A DNA stretch of 64,000 bases from Candidatus Poriferihabitaceae bacterium. GTDB lineage: Bacteria > Pseudomonadota > Gammaproteobacteria > Arenicellales > Poriferihabitantaceae. Below the pieces are notes generated by a model, which was not told the DNA's origin, did no database searches, and worked only from the letters and a program-made list of their open reading frames with translations. Positions within the stretch are counted from its first letter, which is position 1, and each line of letters starts with the position of its first letter. A program made the translations under genes and the position numbers. Below are positions 41,393 to 51,093 of the stretch, piece by piece. The stretch is taken from the NCBI GenBank assembly GCA_965249835.1, contig CBDFMY010000003.1, forward strand, positions 1,249,979 to 1,313,978. The letters run 5' to 3'.

Positions 41393-42359
41393 ATGAACAT
41401 ACAAAATAAAAAGCCCGGAGTGAAAATGAGTTATGAAGGCAGGATGCTTGAGGATTACAATATGCCGGATCGTGATGAGGTTGCGAAGGTCTTGCTAATA
41501 ATGCTTTTTAGACATGGTGGCACAGTCAGAGAGTTTTCAATCGACGAAGCAGTAGTCACGGAAGTCGCTGACAATTTCGGCCTTACCAAAAATCAAAAAG
41601 ATGTTGTTCTTGAGAGAATTTACAAAAAAGAAAACAGAACTGTGCGAACACCTTTGTGGCACAGATTATTGTATAGGGCGGGCGATATATTAGCGAAAGA
41701 AAAATTGGTTACGCGCCCAACAAAAACTTTGAGGCTCACAAATAAAAGAGAATGAATGTTAACCGAGAAAGGATATGACAAGGCCTTGGATCTTCTAAAC
41801 ATTCCATCCGACTACAAATCTGAATTACCAATCAAGCCATATGAAGTCCAAAAAATAGTCGAAAGCATTTCTGCACAATTAAAACCAGAGAGTTATAATC
41901 CTTTCAATAAAAGAAAAAAAAACAAAAATCACAACGAAAAAATCTATTATGAGAAACAGAGGATTCAGACAAGCAATAATTAATGTTTATGATTACAAAT
42001 GTTGTGTTTGCGGGTTGAAGTTGCGTTCACCCGATAAATTACGATGGGAAGTGCAAGCCGCGCACATAGTTCCTCATAGATATTTTGGAAGAGACGATAT
42101 ATGGAATGGGTTGGCATTATGCCAATTGCATCATTGGGCTTTTGATGTAGGACTATTTAGTTGTGATGGGAATTTTAAAGTAGTGTCTTTAATGGAATCA
42201 CAATCCTTAGGAAGTGATTACGGTATGATATTTGGTTATGATTTTTTGGATCATTTAAAGTCTGGCAGATGTTTCTTGAAGTTGCCAAAAGCAGCAAAGC
42301 ATTATCCGGATATGGCTGCTATAAATTGGCACAGAACTAACATTTATAATGGCAGGTAA
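41393..42359 (+). pseudogene. HNH restriction-endonuclease-like gene broken by an in-frame TGA and a poly-A frameshift
   Basis: ...LTNKRE(TGA 41753-41755)MLTEKGYDKALDLLN... same frame; A9 tract 41914-41922; downstream frame NRGFRQAIINVYDYKCCVCGLKL...AAHIVPHRYFG...NGLALCQLHHWAFD. Confidence 0.7.
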
Positions 42360-42632
42360 TGGCCATCGGTATGGAAAATCACTTAATCAACCAACTAATC
42401 TACCAGTTAGATGAAGACGATGCGCAACAAGTTGCTATGGGAAGTCTCGGAAGATATCTTATTAAGAATGAATTGACCGCATTAAAAGATAAAATTTGCG
42501 AAAAGATAGATTGGCATGAAGCGATTGATTCTGCTATATCCGATATAACATCGTCCGAAGCGTCCTGAAACGCGTGGAGCTTCGCTTCATCCAAAGTAAA
42601 TTAATATTCCTGAAATTCACCGAACCGAGCAG

Positions 42633-43790
42633 ATGAAAACCACCGAAACCACCCGCATTCTCACCGACCTCATTGCGCTGGATACCACCAGTCGTAATTC
42701 GAATCTGGTGTTGATCGAATACGCGCAGTCGTTGCTCGCCGACCATGGCGTTCAATCTGAATTGACTTTTGATGCCGAGAAAAACAAAGCCAATCTGTTC
42801 GCCACCCTCGGGCAGAGCGAGCAGCCCGGCATCGTGCTTTCCGGACATACCGATGTGGTGCCGGTGGACGGGCAGGATTGGCGCACCGACCCGTTTGCGG
42901 CGGAAGTGGTCGGCGACAAGTTATACGGTCGCGGCAGTTGCGACATGAAAGGATTCATCGCCATTTGTCTCGGGCATATCGACCGCATTCTCAAAGCCAA
43001 ACTAGACACACCGGTGCATTTTGCTTTTTCCTACGACGAGGAGGTGGGTTGCATCGGCGTCAATGGATTGCTCGCCGAACTCGCCAAACGCGAAGTGCAA
43101 CCTCGCGCCTGCATCATCGGCGAGCCGACCAGCATGGGCGTGGTGCGCGCGCACAAGGGAATGTTGTCCAAACACTGCCGGGTGCGCGGCAAGTCATCGC
43201 ATTCATCCTTGACCCACCACGGCGTCAATGCGGTCGCCATGGCGGCCAAAACCATCGCTTTCATCGACGCCATTGCCGAGCGCATCGCCCGCGAGGGGCC
43301 CTTTGATGCGGGCTTTGAGCCGCCCCACACGACCCTGCACACCGGCGTGATTCACGGCGGCACGGTCAACAACATCATTCCCAATAGATGCGAGTTTGAG
43401 TTTGAAATTCGCAACCTGCCGCAACATCCGCCGTTGCCGTTGTTTGAAGAAGTGGAGCGTTATGTCGAGGAAACCCTGATTCCGAAAATGCATGCGGTCA
43501 GTGCCGAGACCGGTTTTGACTGGGAGACCTCGTCGAATTATCCGGGCATGAACACCGATGCCGGCCATGCGGTGGTCGACATGGCATCCAAATTGCTGGG
43601 GGATGTCGGCGACCCCGGCAAGGTCAGTTACGGCACCGAAGGCGGGCTGTTCCAGAAGGCCGGCATTCCCACGGTAATTTGCGGTCCCGGCTCCATCGAA
43701 CAAGCACATAAGCCCGATGAGTATGTTGAACTCGCGCAACTTTCCAAAGGCGAGCAATTCATTTCTGATTTGATCGACTCATTGCGGTGA
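42633..43790 (+). CDS. argE: Acetylornithine deacetylase
   Basis: VLSGHTDVVPVDGQDW; LYGRGSCDMKGFIA; YDEEVGCIG; GGTVNNIIPNRCEFEFEIR. Confidence 0.92.
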   Translation: MKTTETTRILTDLIALDTTSRNSNLVLIEYAQSLLADHGVQSELTFDAEKNKANLFATLGQSEQPGIVLSGHTDVVPVDGQDWRTDPFAAEVVGDKLYGRGSCDMKGFIAICLGHIDRILKAKLDTPVHFAFSYDEEVGCIGVNGLLAELAKREVQPRACIIGEPTSMGVVRAHKGMLSKHCRVRGKSSHSSLTHHGVNAVAMAAKTIAFIDAIAERIAREGPFDAGFEPPHTTLHTGVIHGGTVNNIIPNRCEFEFEIRNLPQHPPLPLFEEVERYVEETLIPKMHAVSAETGFDWETSSNYPGMNTDAGHAVVDMASKLLGDVGDPGKVSYGTEGGLFQKAGIPTVICGPGSIEQAHKPDEYVELAQLSKGEQFISDLIDSLR

Positions 43791-45079
43791 CCATTTATCT
43801 TGGCCTCGGTGCCAACCACGGAGACCGCAAACACAACCTGGAGCGCGCCATCTGCGAGTTGGTGGCTGCCGGGTTTCGCTTGCAACGGGTTTCCCCGCTA
43901 GTCGAATCGCCCGCCTTGCTGCCGCCGGAGGCCGACCCGGCGTGGCACAAACCCTATCTCAACCTCGTCATCAGTGGCGATGCCGACTGGCAGCCGCATG
44001 CGGGCTTGGCAATCGCCAAACAAATCGAGTGCGCGCTTGGTCGTGGTAGCGGCGCACGGTGGTCACCGCGCCCGATTGATATTGACCTGTTGCATTGGCA
44101 TGACCACAAAACCATCTCCGGCAAGTTGACCCTGCCCCACGCCGATGCCCGTCGCCGGGATTTCGTGCTGACGCCGCTTTTGCACTTGCAAGCGGATTTG
44201 CCGGTGGGCGAAAACGGCGAGAGCGTATTTGAACTAACCCAAACCATCCGCCCCATTCCACTGTGGATGGCAATCGTCAACCTGACTCCGGATTCATTTT
44301 CCGACGACGGCAGTTGGCGCAACAAAGAAGAGGCCGATGCACTCGACGCCTATCTCGACAAACTCATCGAGCGCAATGTGCACATCATAGATATCGGCGC
44401 GGAATCCACCCGCCCCGGCGCCCGCCCCCTCAGCCCGGCTGAGGAATGGTTGCGCCTAGAGTCGGTGCTCGGCAACGTCGCCGATAGATTGCATGGCAAA
44501 CACATCAAGCCGTGGTTGTCGATAGACAGCCGCCATCCGGCAACCATTGAAAAAGCGTTGCGCTACGGCGTGGATATCATCAACGATGTGACCGGCCTTG
44601 CCGACCCGGAAATGATGGCAGTGGTGAGACAAAACGGTTGTCAGGTGGTGGCAATGCACAGCATGAGTGTGCCGGTGGAACCGGCGTTGACATTGCCCGA
44701 TGAGCGCGGCGCGGTGGAGCAGATGGTGGAGTGGGCGGAGAAAAAAATGGAAATCTGGGCGAAGGCCGGTCTCGACTTCAACCGCATCATTCTTGACCCC
44801 GGCATCGGTTTCGGCAAATCCGCCATTCAAGCCTTTGACCTGCTTTCCCACTGCCGGGAACTTCGGCAAGGTGGCTTGCGGCTACTCATTGGCCATTCAC
44901 GAAAATCCTTCATGAGCGGCTTGACCGACCGCCGCGCCGCGCAACGCGACCTGGAAACGCTGGGGATGTCGCTGGCGTTATGCCAGCAGGGGGTGGATAT
45001 TATTCGCGTACATTCGCCATTCATCCACCAACGCGCCGCCCTCGCCTGGGCGCATATCGCTGCCCTCCCGCACAATTGA
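43787..45079 (+). CDS. Bifunctional FolK-FolP (HPPK-dihydropteroate synthase) fusion
   Basis: N-terminal LGLGANHGDRKHNLERA...RWSPRPIDIDLLHW (HPPK), C-terminal LWMAIVNLTPDSFSDDG...IDIGAESTRPGA...ILDPGIGFGKS (DHPS) in one ORF. Confidence 0.93.
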   Translation: MTIYLGLGANHGDRKHNLERAICELVAAGFRLQRVSPLVESPALLPPEADPAWHKPYLNLVISGDADWQPHAGLAIAKQIECALGRGSGARWSPRPIDIDLLHWHDHKTISGKLTLPHADARRRDFVLTPLLHLQADLPVGENGESVFELTQTIRPIPLWMAIVNLTPDSFSDDGSWRNKEEADALDAYLDKLIERNVHIIDIGAESTRPGARPLSPAEEWLRLESVLGNVADRLHGKHIKPWLSIDSRHPATIEKALRYGVDIINDVTGLADPEMMAVVRQNGCQVVAMHSMSVPVEPALTLPDERGAVEQMVEWAEKKMEIWAKAGLDFNRIILDPGIGFGKSAIQAFDLLSHCRELRQGGLRLLIGHSRKSFMSGLTDRRAAQRDLETLGMSLALCQQGVDIIRVHSPFIHQRAALAWAHIAALPHN

Positions 45080-45360
45080 GCCATTGCGCTTGCCTTTTAT
45101 TCTCGTTTACTTTTGGCGTCTCAAAGAGAGTCACACTTTGCGATTCACCATTGCCTATCATTTGTCATCCTCGCCGGCAGGCGGGGATCCAGACGCGGCG
45201 AAGCCGCGCAAATGGCGGCGGCTTCGCCGCCGGTTTTTCGAGCCAGAATAACGAGACGAAAAGCGTGTTGTCCGGCGTAGCCGGACTATTAGCGATGTCA
45301 CGCGTAGCGTGACTCATTTGCGGCGAAGCCGAACTCCTTATAATCCAGACAAACATTGCG

Positions 45361-45480
45361 CGCCGCATTTTCGTTGTCAGGCAAGGCGCGCGAGGAGCGA
45401 GGGAGGGAGCATACATTAAGTATGTGAGCGACCGAGAGACGATGCGCAACACCGCATGGCGACGAAAAGGCAAGCGCAAT
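45361..45480 (-). repeat. Intergenic repeat family R1, reverse-orientation copy
   Basis: cgccgcattttcgttgtcaggcaaggcgcgcgaggagcg...atacattaagtatgtgagcg...atggcgacgaaaaggcaagcgcaat. Confidence 0.85.
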
Positions 45481-45800
45481 GACGGCAAGGCGATGGTGCT
45501 TGTTGCTTACTAATGTATGAGCGCGTCCCGGCGGCTACGCCACTCTGGATCCCCGCCTGCTGGCGAGGATGACGAATACTGATTCTTTCGTTGCCACGCT
45601 CACAGCCAGAGCGTGCAGGGACGCACGCTGGCGCGTGGAAACAGGATGTTTCCTCCTGCGATGGGGGGGGCGCGGGGGTATCTCCCCCGCAAAGCGCGAG
45701 CACGCGCAAGCTGAACCTTTGCATATCAGCCACAGGTTACTCGGCGGCGTAAGCCGCCGCCATCGCCCGTCGCACACCACTGTCATTTGCGGCGGAGCCA

Positions 45801-45883
45801 CGCAAATGCCTTGGCATGAAAACACCAAATCAGGCATTATTCGGCATAAGTTGCACTTCGGGGTTGAATCCAAGGACTTATAC
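45801..45883 (+). repeat. Dispersed upstream repeat, family R3 (copy 2), 5' of rpmH
   Basis: CGCAAATGCCTTGGCATGAAAACACCAAATCAGGCATTATTCGGCATAAGTTGCACTTCGGGGTTGAATCCAAGGACTTATAC. Confidence 0.9.
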
Positions 45884-45949
45884 ATTGACTTGAATTGTCT
45901 CGCTAAACAGGTTAAATTCCCCGCTTTTTAAGGTCTTTGCACTGACACC

Positions 45950-46084
45950 ATGAAACGCACCTTCCAGCCCAGCATACTGAAGCGCAAGCGAACCCACGGT
46001 TTTCGCGAGCGGATGCGCACCCGCGCCGGGCGCGCGGTCATCAATGCTCGTCGCGCCAAACGCCGGGCGCGCCTGAGCGCCTGA
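45950..46084 (+). CDS. rpmH: 50S ribosomal protein L34
   Basis: [44 protein letters not shown]; 44 aa, below the ORF-track cutoff. Confidence 0.97.
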   Translation: MKRTFQPSILKRKRTHGFRERMRTRAGRAVINARRAKRRARLSA

Positions 46085-46098
46085 GCACGCCTCCGGGG

Positions 46099-46491
46099 TT
46101 GTCTGAATCGCCCGACCCTGTGCCCGTGGCGGCGGGTTTCAGTCGTTGCCTGAGGTTGGTGGACGGCAAGCAGTTCAGCGCGGTTTTCGATCACAAAAGG
46201 CGGTTGCACGGAGCGTGTTTCAATATTCATGTCGCCCCCAACCGACTGCCCCACGCCCGCATCGGGTTGGCGGTGTCGCGGCGGGTCAGTAAAAAAGCGG
46301 TCGAGCGCAATCGCATCAAGCGCATCATCCGCGAATCGTTTCGTCGCCACCAGCGCGACCTCGGCGCGATTGATTATGTGGTAATCGCCAGAGTCGGTGC
46401 CGCCGATCGGGTTGGCAAGCCGAACCGCGTGCTACGCTCGGAACTGGATGAGTTATGGGGCAAAGCCGGCCAAAAGTGTCGCCCGAAATGA
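46099..46491 (+). CDS. rnpA: Ribonuclease P protein component
   Basis: RLGLAVSRR-type [30 protein letters not shown]. Confidence 0.95.
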   Translation: MSESPDPVPVAAGFSRCLRLVDGKQFSAVFDHKRRLHGACFNIHVAPNRLPHARIGLAVSRRVSKKAVERNRIKRIIRESFRRHQRDLGAIDYVVIARVGAADRVGKPNRVLRSELDELWGKAGQKCRPK

Positions 46492-46538
46492 AACACCCCA
46501 TACTAAAACAACCTAAAACAAACCCAAAACAAACAACG

Positions 46539-46775
46539 ATGAAACGCCCGATACTACTGCTTATCAAAGCCTACCAACTGACGCTGAGTCCGTATCTCGG
46601 TCGCTGTTGTCGTTTTCATCCCAGTTGCTCGGCCTACGCGTTGGAAGCGGTCGAACGCCACGGCGCGCTCAAGGGCAGTTGGCTGGCACTCAAGCGCATC
46701 GGTCGATGCCACCCGTGGCGCGAAGGCGGCGAAGACCCGGTGCCGCCGGTTGTTCGGCAACCGAAAACAATTTAG
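46539..46775 (+). CDS. yidD: Membrane protein insertion efficiency factor YidD
   Basis: [42 protein letters not shown]. Confidence 0.95.
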   Translation: MKRPILLLIKAYQLTLSPYLGRCCRFHPSCSAYALEAVERHGALKGSWLALKRIGRCHPWREGGEDPVPPVVRQPKTI

Positions 46776-46786
46776 CGGCACATTAC

Positions 46787-48493
46787 ATGTTTAATATGGA
46801 AATCCAGCGGATGATCTTGTTCGGTGCCCTCGGCCTGGTGCTGATTATGCTCTGGCAGTCGTGGGTGGAATTTCAGCAGCAAACCACCGCCGCCAACGAC
46901 CCGGCCGCGGGTTCCGGTTTGAACCAGCGCACCGAAGTTGCCGGCACCGCTTCCGGTTCCCGAGTTGGTGATGTTCCCGAAGCCCCGGCATTGTCGGTGC
47001 CATCTGCGAATACCGACCCAACCATCGAAGCGGTCGCCACGCAGGTTTCGGCTACCGATGGCCGGTTGATCAACGTCGCTACCGATTTGATGCGCGTCCA
47101 GATTGATCCACGTGGTGGCGATCTGGTACGGGTGGAATTGCTGCGTCATCCGGTGAGCGTTGATCGGCCGGATGAACCGTTCGTATTAATGCACCGCGAT
47201 GACGGCGGCTTGTTTATCGCCCAGAGCGGACTCATCGGCGCCGACCGTAAGTATCCAGACCACGGCGTGACCTATTCGGTTTCCGCTTTGGATTACGACC
47301 TCGGCGACCACGAGCAAATGGAAGTCGTCCTTGACTGGCGTGCGCCGGACGGAGTCGCCTATCAAAAAGTATTCCACTTCCGGCGCAACGCCTACCGCAT
47401 CGAAGTGGACTTCCGCGTAGACAACCAAAGCCCCGAGCCGTGGACTGGTTTTGTGTATGGCCAGTTGAAGCAGACCGAAATCGTTCAGCAAGGTTCCATG
47501 GGTTTTCTTGGCCGTCTGCCAAGTTATAACGGCGCGGCGGTCTACACCGCCGAAGACAACTACGAAAAAATTACCTACGACGACATGCGCGAGGAACCGC
47601 TTAATCTTTCCACCGAATCCGGCTGGGTTTCCATGATGCAACATTACTTCGTGGCGGCGTGGTTGCCCTCCGACTCCGAGCGCTATCAATTTTTCTCCGG
47701 TGTTGCCGATACCGCATCCAATCCCCAATATCGCATCGGTTATAAAACCACGCAACCGGTGCGAATCGGCGGCGGCGAGGAAGGCGTAATTCGCACGGTG
47801 TTGTTCGTTGGACCCAAAGAGCAAAAACGCCTGAGCCAACAGCAAGCCGAAGGGTTGCTCCTGGCGGTGGACTACGGCTGGCTGACGCCCATCGCCGACC
47901 CGTTGTTCTGGCTGCTGAGCAAAATTCATGACGTGGTCGGCAACTGGGGCTGGGCGATCATTTTGCTGACCCTGCTGGTCAAGGCGGTTTTCTATCCGCT
48001 GTCCGCCACCAGTTACAAGTCCATGGCGAAAATGAAAAAACTGCAGCCGCGTTTGAAAACCCTCAAGGAGCGTTACGGCGACGACAAGCAGAAGTTCCAG
48101 CAAGAAATGATGAAGTTGTATAAAGCCGAAAAGGTAAATCCGGCCGGCGGCTGCTTGCCGATTCTGGTGCAGATTCCGGTGTTCATCGCGTTGTATTGGG
48201 TGCTGCTCGAGAGCGTGGAATTGCGTCAGGCGGACTTCATGTTCTGGCTAAAAGATTTGTCCATACCCGACCCGTATTTTGTCCTGCCGTTGATCATGGG
48301 CGCCTCAATGCTGGCGCAATACTTTCTCAACCCGGCACCGGTAGACCCGCTGCAAAAGAAAATCATGATGGCCATGCCCATCGTTTTCACGGTGTTCTTC
48401 CTGTGGTTTCCCGCCGGGCTGGTGTTGTATTGGGTGGTGAACAATCTGCTTTCCATTACGCAGCAATATTATATTTCCAGAAAATACACTTGA
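46787..48493 (+). CDS. yidC: Membrane protein insertase YidC
   Basis: MFNMEIQRMILFGALGLVLIMLWQSW; WGWAIILLTLLVKAVFYPLSATSYKSMAKMKKLQP; start ATG 46787, not the track's 46607. Confidence 0.96.
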   Translation: MFNMEIQRMILFGALGLVLIMLWQSWVEFQQQTTAANDPAAGSGLNQRTEVAGTASGSRVGDVPEAPALSVPSANTDPTIEAVATQVSATDGRLINVATDLMRVQIDPRGGDLVRVELLRHPVSVDRPDEPFVLMHRDDGGLFIAQSGLIGADRKYPDHGVTYSVSALDYDLGDHEQMEVVLDWRAPDGVAYQKVFHFRRNAYRIEVDFRVDNQSPEPWTGFVYGQLKQTEIVQQGSMGFLGRLPSYNGAAVYTAEDNYEKITYDDMREEPLNLSTESGWVSMMQHYFVAAWLPSDSERYQFFSGVADTASNPQYRIGYKTTQPVRIGGGEEGVIRTVLFVGPKEQKRLSQQQAEGLLLAVDYGWLTPIADPLFWLLSKIHDVVGNWGWAIILLTLLVKAVFYPLSATSYKSMAKMKKLQPRLKTLKERYGDDKQKFQQEMMKLYKAEKVNPAGGCLPILVQIPVFIALYWVLLESVELRQADFMFWLKDLSIPDPYFVLPLIMGASMLAQYFLNPAPVDPLQKKIMMAMPIVFTVFFLWFPAGLVLYWVVNNLLSITQQYYISRKYT

Positions 48494-48498
48494 GCTTG

Positions 48499-48590
48499 TC
48501 TTTTCGTCGCCATGCTTCGTCGCGTTGTTGCTTATCCGCTTAATGTAGGCGCGCGTCACCGCTCCTCGCGCGCCTTGCCTAACGAAACAT
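48499..48590 (+). repeat. Intergenic repeat family R1, between yidC and mnmE
   Basis: cttttcgtcgccatgcttcgtcgcgttgttgcttatccgcttaatgtaggcgcgcgtcaccgctcctcgcgcgccttgcctaacgaaa. Confidence 0.85.
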
Positions 48591-48667
48591 ATGCGGCGCG
48601 CAATGTTTGTCCGGATTGTCCGGTCAACCCGGATTAATGACGAGTGGAGAGAAATCACCTGAGTGCA

Positions 48668-50023
48668 ATGGGAATGAATGTATCTGACGACATCGTGGCT
48701 GTGGCAACGCCGCCGGGGCGGGGCGCCATCAGTATCGTGCGACTGACCGGCTCCGGTATTCCGGCGTTGTGCAACACACTAACCGGCGCATTGCCCGAAC
48801 CGCGTTACGCCGCATTGTGCGACTTTGTTGCGGCGGACGGCACCGCCATTGACCGCGGACTCGTGCTTTATTTCCCCGCGCCGCACAGTTACACCGGCGA
48901 ACACGCGTTGGAACTGCACGGCCACGGCAGCCCGGTGGTAATGAAAATGTTGCTTCGCCGGTGCCTCGAATTGGGCGCACGGCTGGCGCGCCCCGGCGAA
49001 TTCAGCGAACGCGCATTTTTGAATGGCCGCCTCGACTTGACGCAAGCCGAAGCCGTCGCCGACTTGATCGCCGGAGGCACCGAATCCGCCGCACGCTCGG
49101 CCATGAACTCGTTGCAGGGCGCATTCTCATCCCGCATTGATGAACTGGTGGTTGACCTCACCGAACTGCGGATACTGGTGGAAGCGGCCATCGACTTCCC
49201 CGAAGAAAGCGTGGACCACGCCAAAGACGCCTTTGCCGACGAGCGCATCCACGAACGCCTTAATCGATTGCGAAAACGTTTCGACGAATTGCGCGCATCC
49301 GCCCACCGCGGGAAACTCCTGCGAGACGGACTCAAAGTTGTGCTCACCGGGCCACCCAATGCCGGCAAGTCCAGTATCTTGAACGCGCTGTCCCAACAAC
49401 AACGCGCCATCGTCAGCACCATTCCCGGCACCACCCGCGACTTGCTGGAACAGGTCATCGAAATAGACGGCTTGCCTTTGGAAATTACCGACACCGCCGG
49501 CATCCGCGACAGCACCGATGAAATCGAAATTGAAGGCGTGCGCCGTGCGCGTGATGCACAACGGCGTGCGGATTTAATTTTGCTGGTGATTGACGACTCC
49601 GCTACCACCGAACAGGAAGCGGCGCAGTTGTTGCAACAAACTAGCGGCGGCGCGTGCGTTTGTTTGGTGCGCAATAAAATCGACCTGAGCGGACGAAGCG
49701 CGGGTGCCGACGAGCACGGCGTAGCGTTGTCGGCGCTTAGCGGCGAGGGCATGAACGAACTGGCCGAGCGGATCAAACATCACGCCGGATTTCGCCACAG
49801 CGAAGATAGCCCGTTCATCGCCCGCCAACGCCATCTCGACGCCTTGCAACGCGCCACCGCCAGTTTGGAGGCCGGCATCAAGCAATTCACCGCTCATCAC
49901 GCCGGCGAACTCCTCGCCGAAGAACTCGGCGCCTGCCAACGCGTCCTCGGAGAAATCACCGGCACCGTCACCAGCGACGACTTGCTCGGTTTGATATTTG
50001 CTTCGTTTTGTATTGGCAAATAA
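48668..50023 (+). CDS. mnmE: tRNA modification GTPase MnmE
   Basis: GPPNAGKSSILNAL; GTTRDLLEQVIEIDGLPLEITDTAGIRDS; C-terminal FCIGK. Confidence 0.96.
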   Translation: MGMNVSDDIVAVATPPGRGAISIVRLTGSGIPALCNTLTGALPEPRYAALCDFVAADGTAIDRGLVLYFPAPHSYTGEHALELHGHGSPVVMKMLLRRCLELGARLARPGEFSERAFLNGRLDLTQAEAVADLIAGGTESAARSAMNSLQGAFSSRIDELVVDLTELRILVEAAIDFPEESVDHAKDAFADERIHERLNRLRKRFDELRASAHRGKLLRDGLKVVLTGPPNAGKSSILNALSQQQRAIVSTIPGTTRDLLEQVIEIDGLPLEITDTAGIRDSTDEIEIEGVRRARDAQRRADLILLVIDDSATTEQEAAQLLQQTSGGACVCLVRNKIDLSGRSAGADEHGVALSALSGEGMNELAERIKHHAGFRHSEDSPFIARQRHLDALQRATASLEAGIKQFTAHHAGELLAEELGACQRVLGEITGTVTSDDLLGLIFASFCIGK

Positions 50024-50106
50024 ACAAATTCCTCGGCAGTTGCGGCTATAATCCCCCCCCCGACCATCACCTTTATATTTCTGCCCGCCCGGCAGTCTTA
50101 TCCGAA

Positions 50107-51063
50107 ATGACCATGCCCACCGCCACTGAAGCCGCCACTGAAGCCGCCACCGAAACCAATCGGCAACCCGAAGCCAGCCCCCAGCATCGTTACACCCGCA
50201 ACATACTCGTGCAGATGCTGGCGGTGTTCTTGTTGCTGTTGGGCGTAATCGTCTGGCAGTGGGATGTGGTGCAGCAGATTTATCTGAAAAATCAGATCAA
50301 CGCCATCGGCTGGATCATCAACGGCGGCATCGTGCTGCTGTTTCTGTTCGGGTTGGCGGTATTGGTGTGGCGTTTTTTCGAATACCGCGATCAGGAACTT
50401 GCCATCGCCCGCTTTTTGCGGAACATAGAACAAGGTCGGGATCCATTGCTGGAAGTGAACCCGAATTGCATGCTTGCCGAGCGTTATCACACCTTGCACG
50501 AACTCAGTCGGCGGCACACCGACATCAACCAGAACGCGCTGGCGGCGACCCTGCTGGCATCGGAATCCAGCCGCAACAGTTTCCCGAAGTTTGTTCATAA
50601 TGTGCTGATACTCACCGGCGTTTTCGGCACCATCATTTCCCTGTCGCTGTCCCTGCTGGGTGCCTCGGAGATGATTCACGGCACCGCGGTGAATGGTCTC
50701 GGCACCATGATCTTCGGCATGTCGACCGCGCTGTCCACCACCATGACCGCGATTCTCGCCTACCTCATCTTCGGCTACTTCTACATCAAACTCACCGACA
50801 CCCAGACCTACCTCATCAGCCGCGTCGAAGAAGTCACCGCCACCATTTTATTGCCGCACCTGCGACTCAACCAGCATGCGGAGAAAGATTCCACCGACAG
50901 CGTGCGCAGTGTCGGCCAGCCGGTCGATGCCATCACTCGAGCGGAACTCGAAGCGATGCTGACGCGCATCGTTGAAGCGCAGCAGCGTTCCGACGAAGAA
51001 AGCCGCGCATTGTTGGCCGATGCGGTTGAGCTGCTTCGCGAAGGTTTCCGCCTGCGCAAATAA
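50107..51063 (+). CDS. MotA/TolQ/ExbB-like membrane protein
   Basis: Four TM-like segments; VHNVLILTGVFGTIISLSLSLLGA and GTMIFGMSTALSTTMTAILAYLIFGYFY resemble MotA/ExbB TM3-TM4. Confidence 0.75.
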   Translation: MTMPTATEAATEAATETNRQPEASPQHRYTRNILVQMLAVFLLLLGVIVWQWDVVQQIYLKNQINAIGWIINGGIVLLFLFGLAVLVWRFFEYRDQELAIARFLRNIEQGRDPLLEVNPNCMLAERYHTLHELSRRHTDINQNALAATLLASESSRNSFPKFVHNVLILTGVFGTIISLSLSLLGASEMIHGTAVNGLGTMIFGMSTALSTTMTAILAYLIFGYFYIKLTDTQTYLISRVEEVTATILLPHLRLNQHAEKDSTDSVRSVGQPVDAITRAELEAMLTRIVEAQQRSDEESRALLADAVELLREGFRLRK

Positions 51064-51093
51064 ACTCGAACGAATTTCCACGCCAACCGACCC

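Noticed and set aside
45569-45931. 120-aa ORF upstream of rpmH
   Set aside because: Covers nested palindromic repeats and R3; composition not protein-like.
45100-45940. CRISPR array
   Set aside because: Repeats are heterogeneous palindromes without regular spacer lengths and no cas genes are present.
47186-48103. 305-aa antisense ORF in yidC
   Set aside because: Antisense to unambiguous YidC core; no independent signals.
48889-49776. 295-aa antisense ORF in mnmE
   Set aside because: Low-complexity Ser/Arg-rich shadow ORF opposite an intact mnmE.
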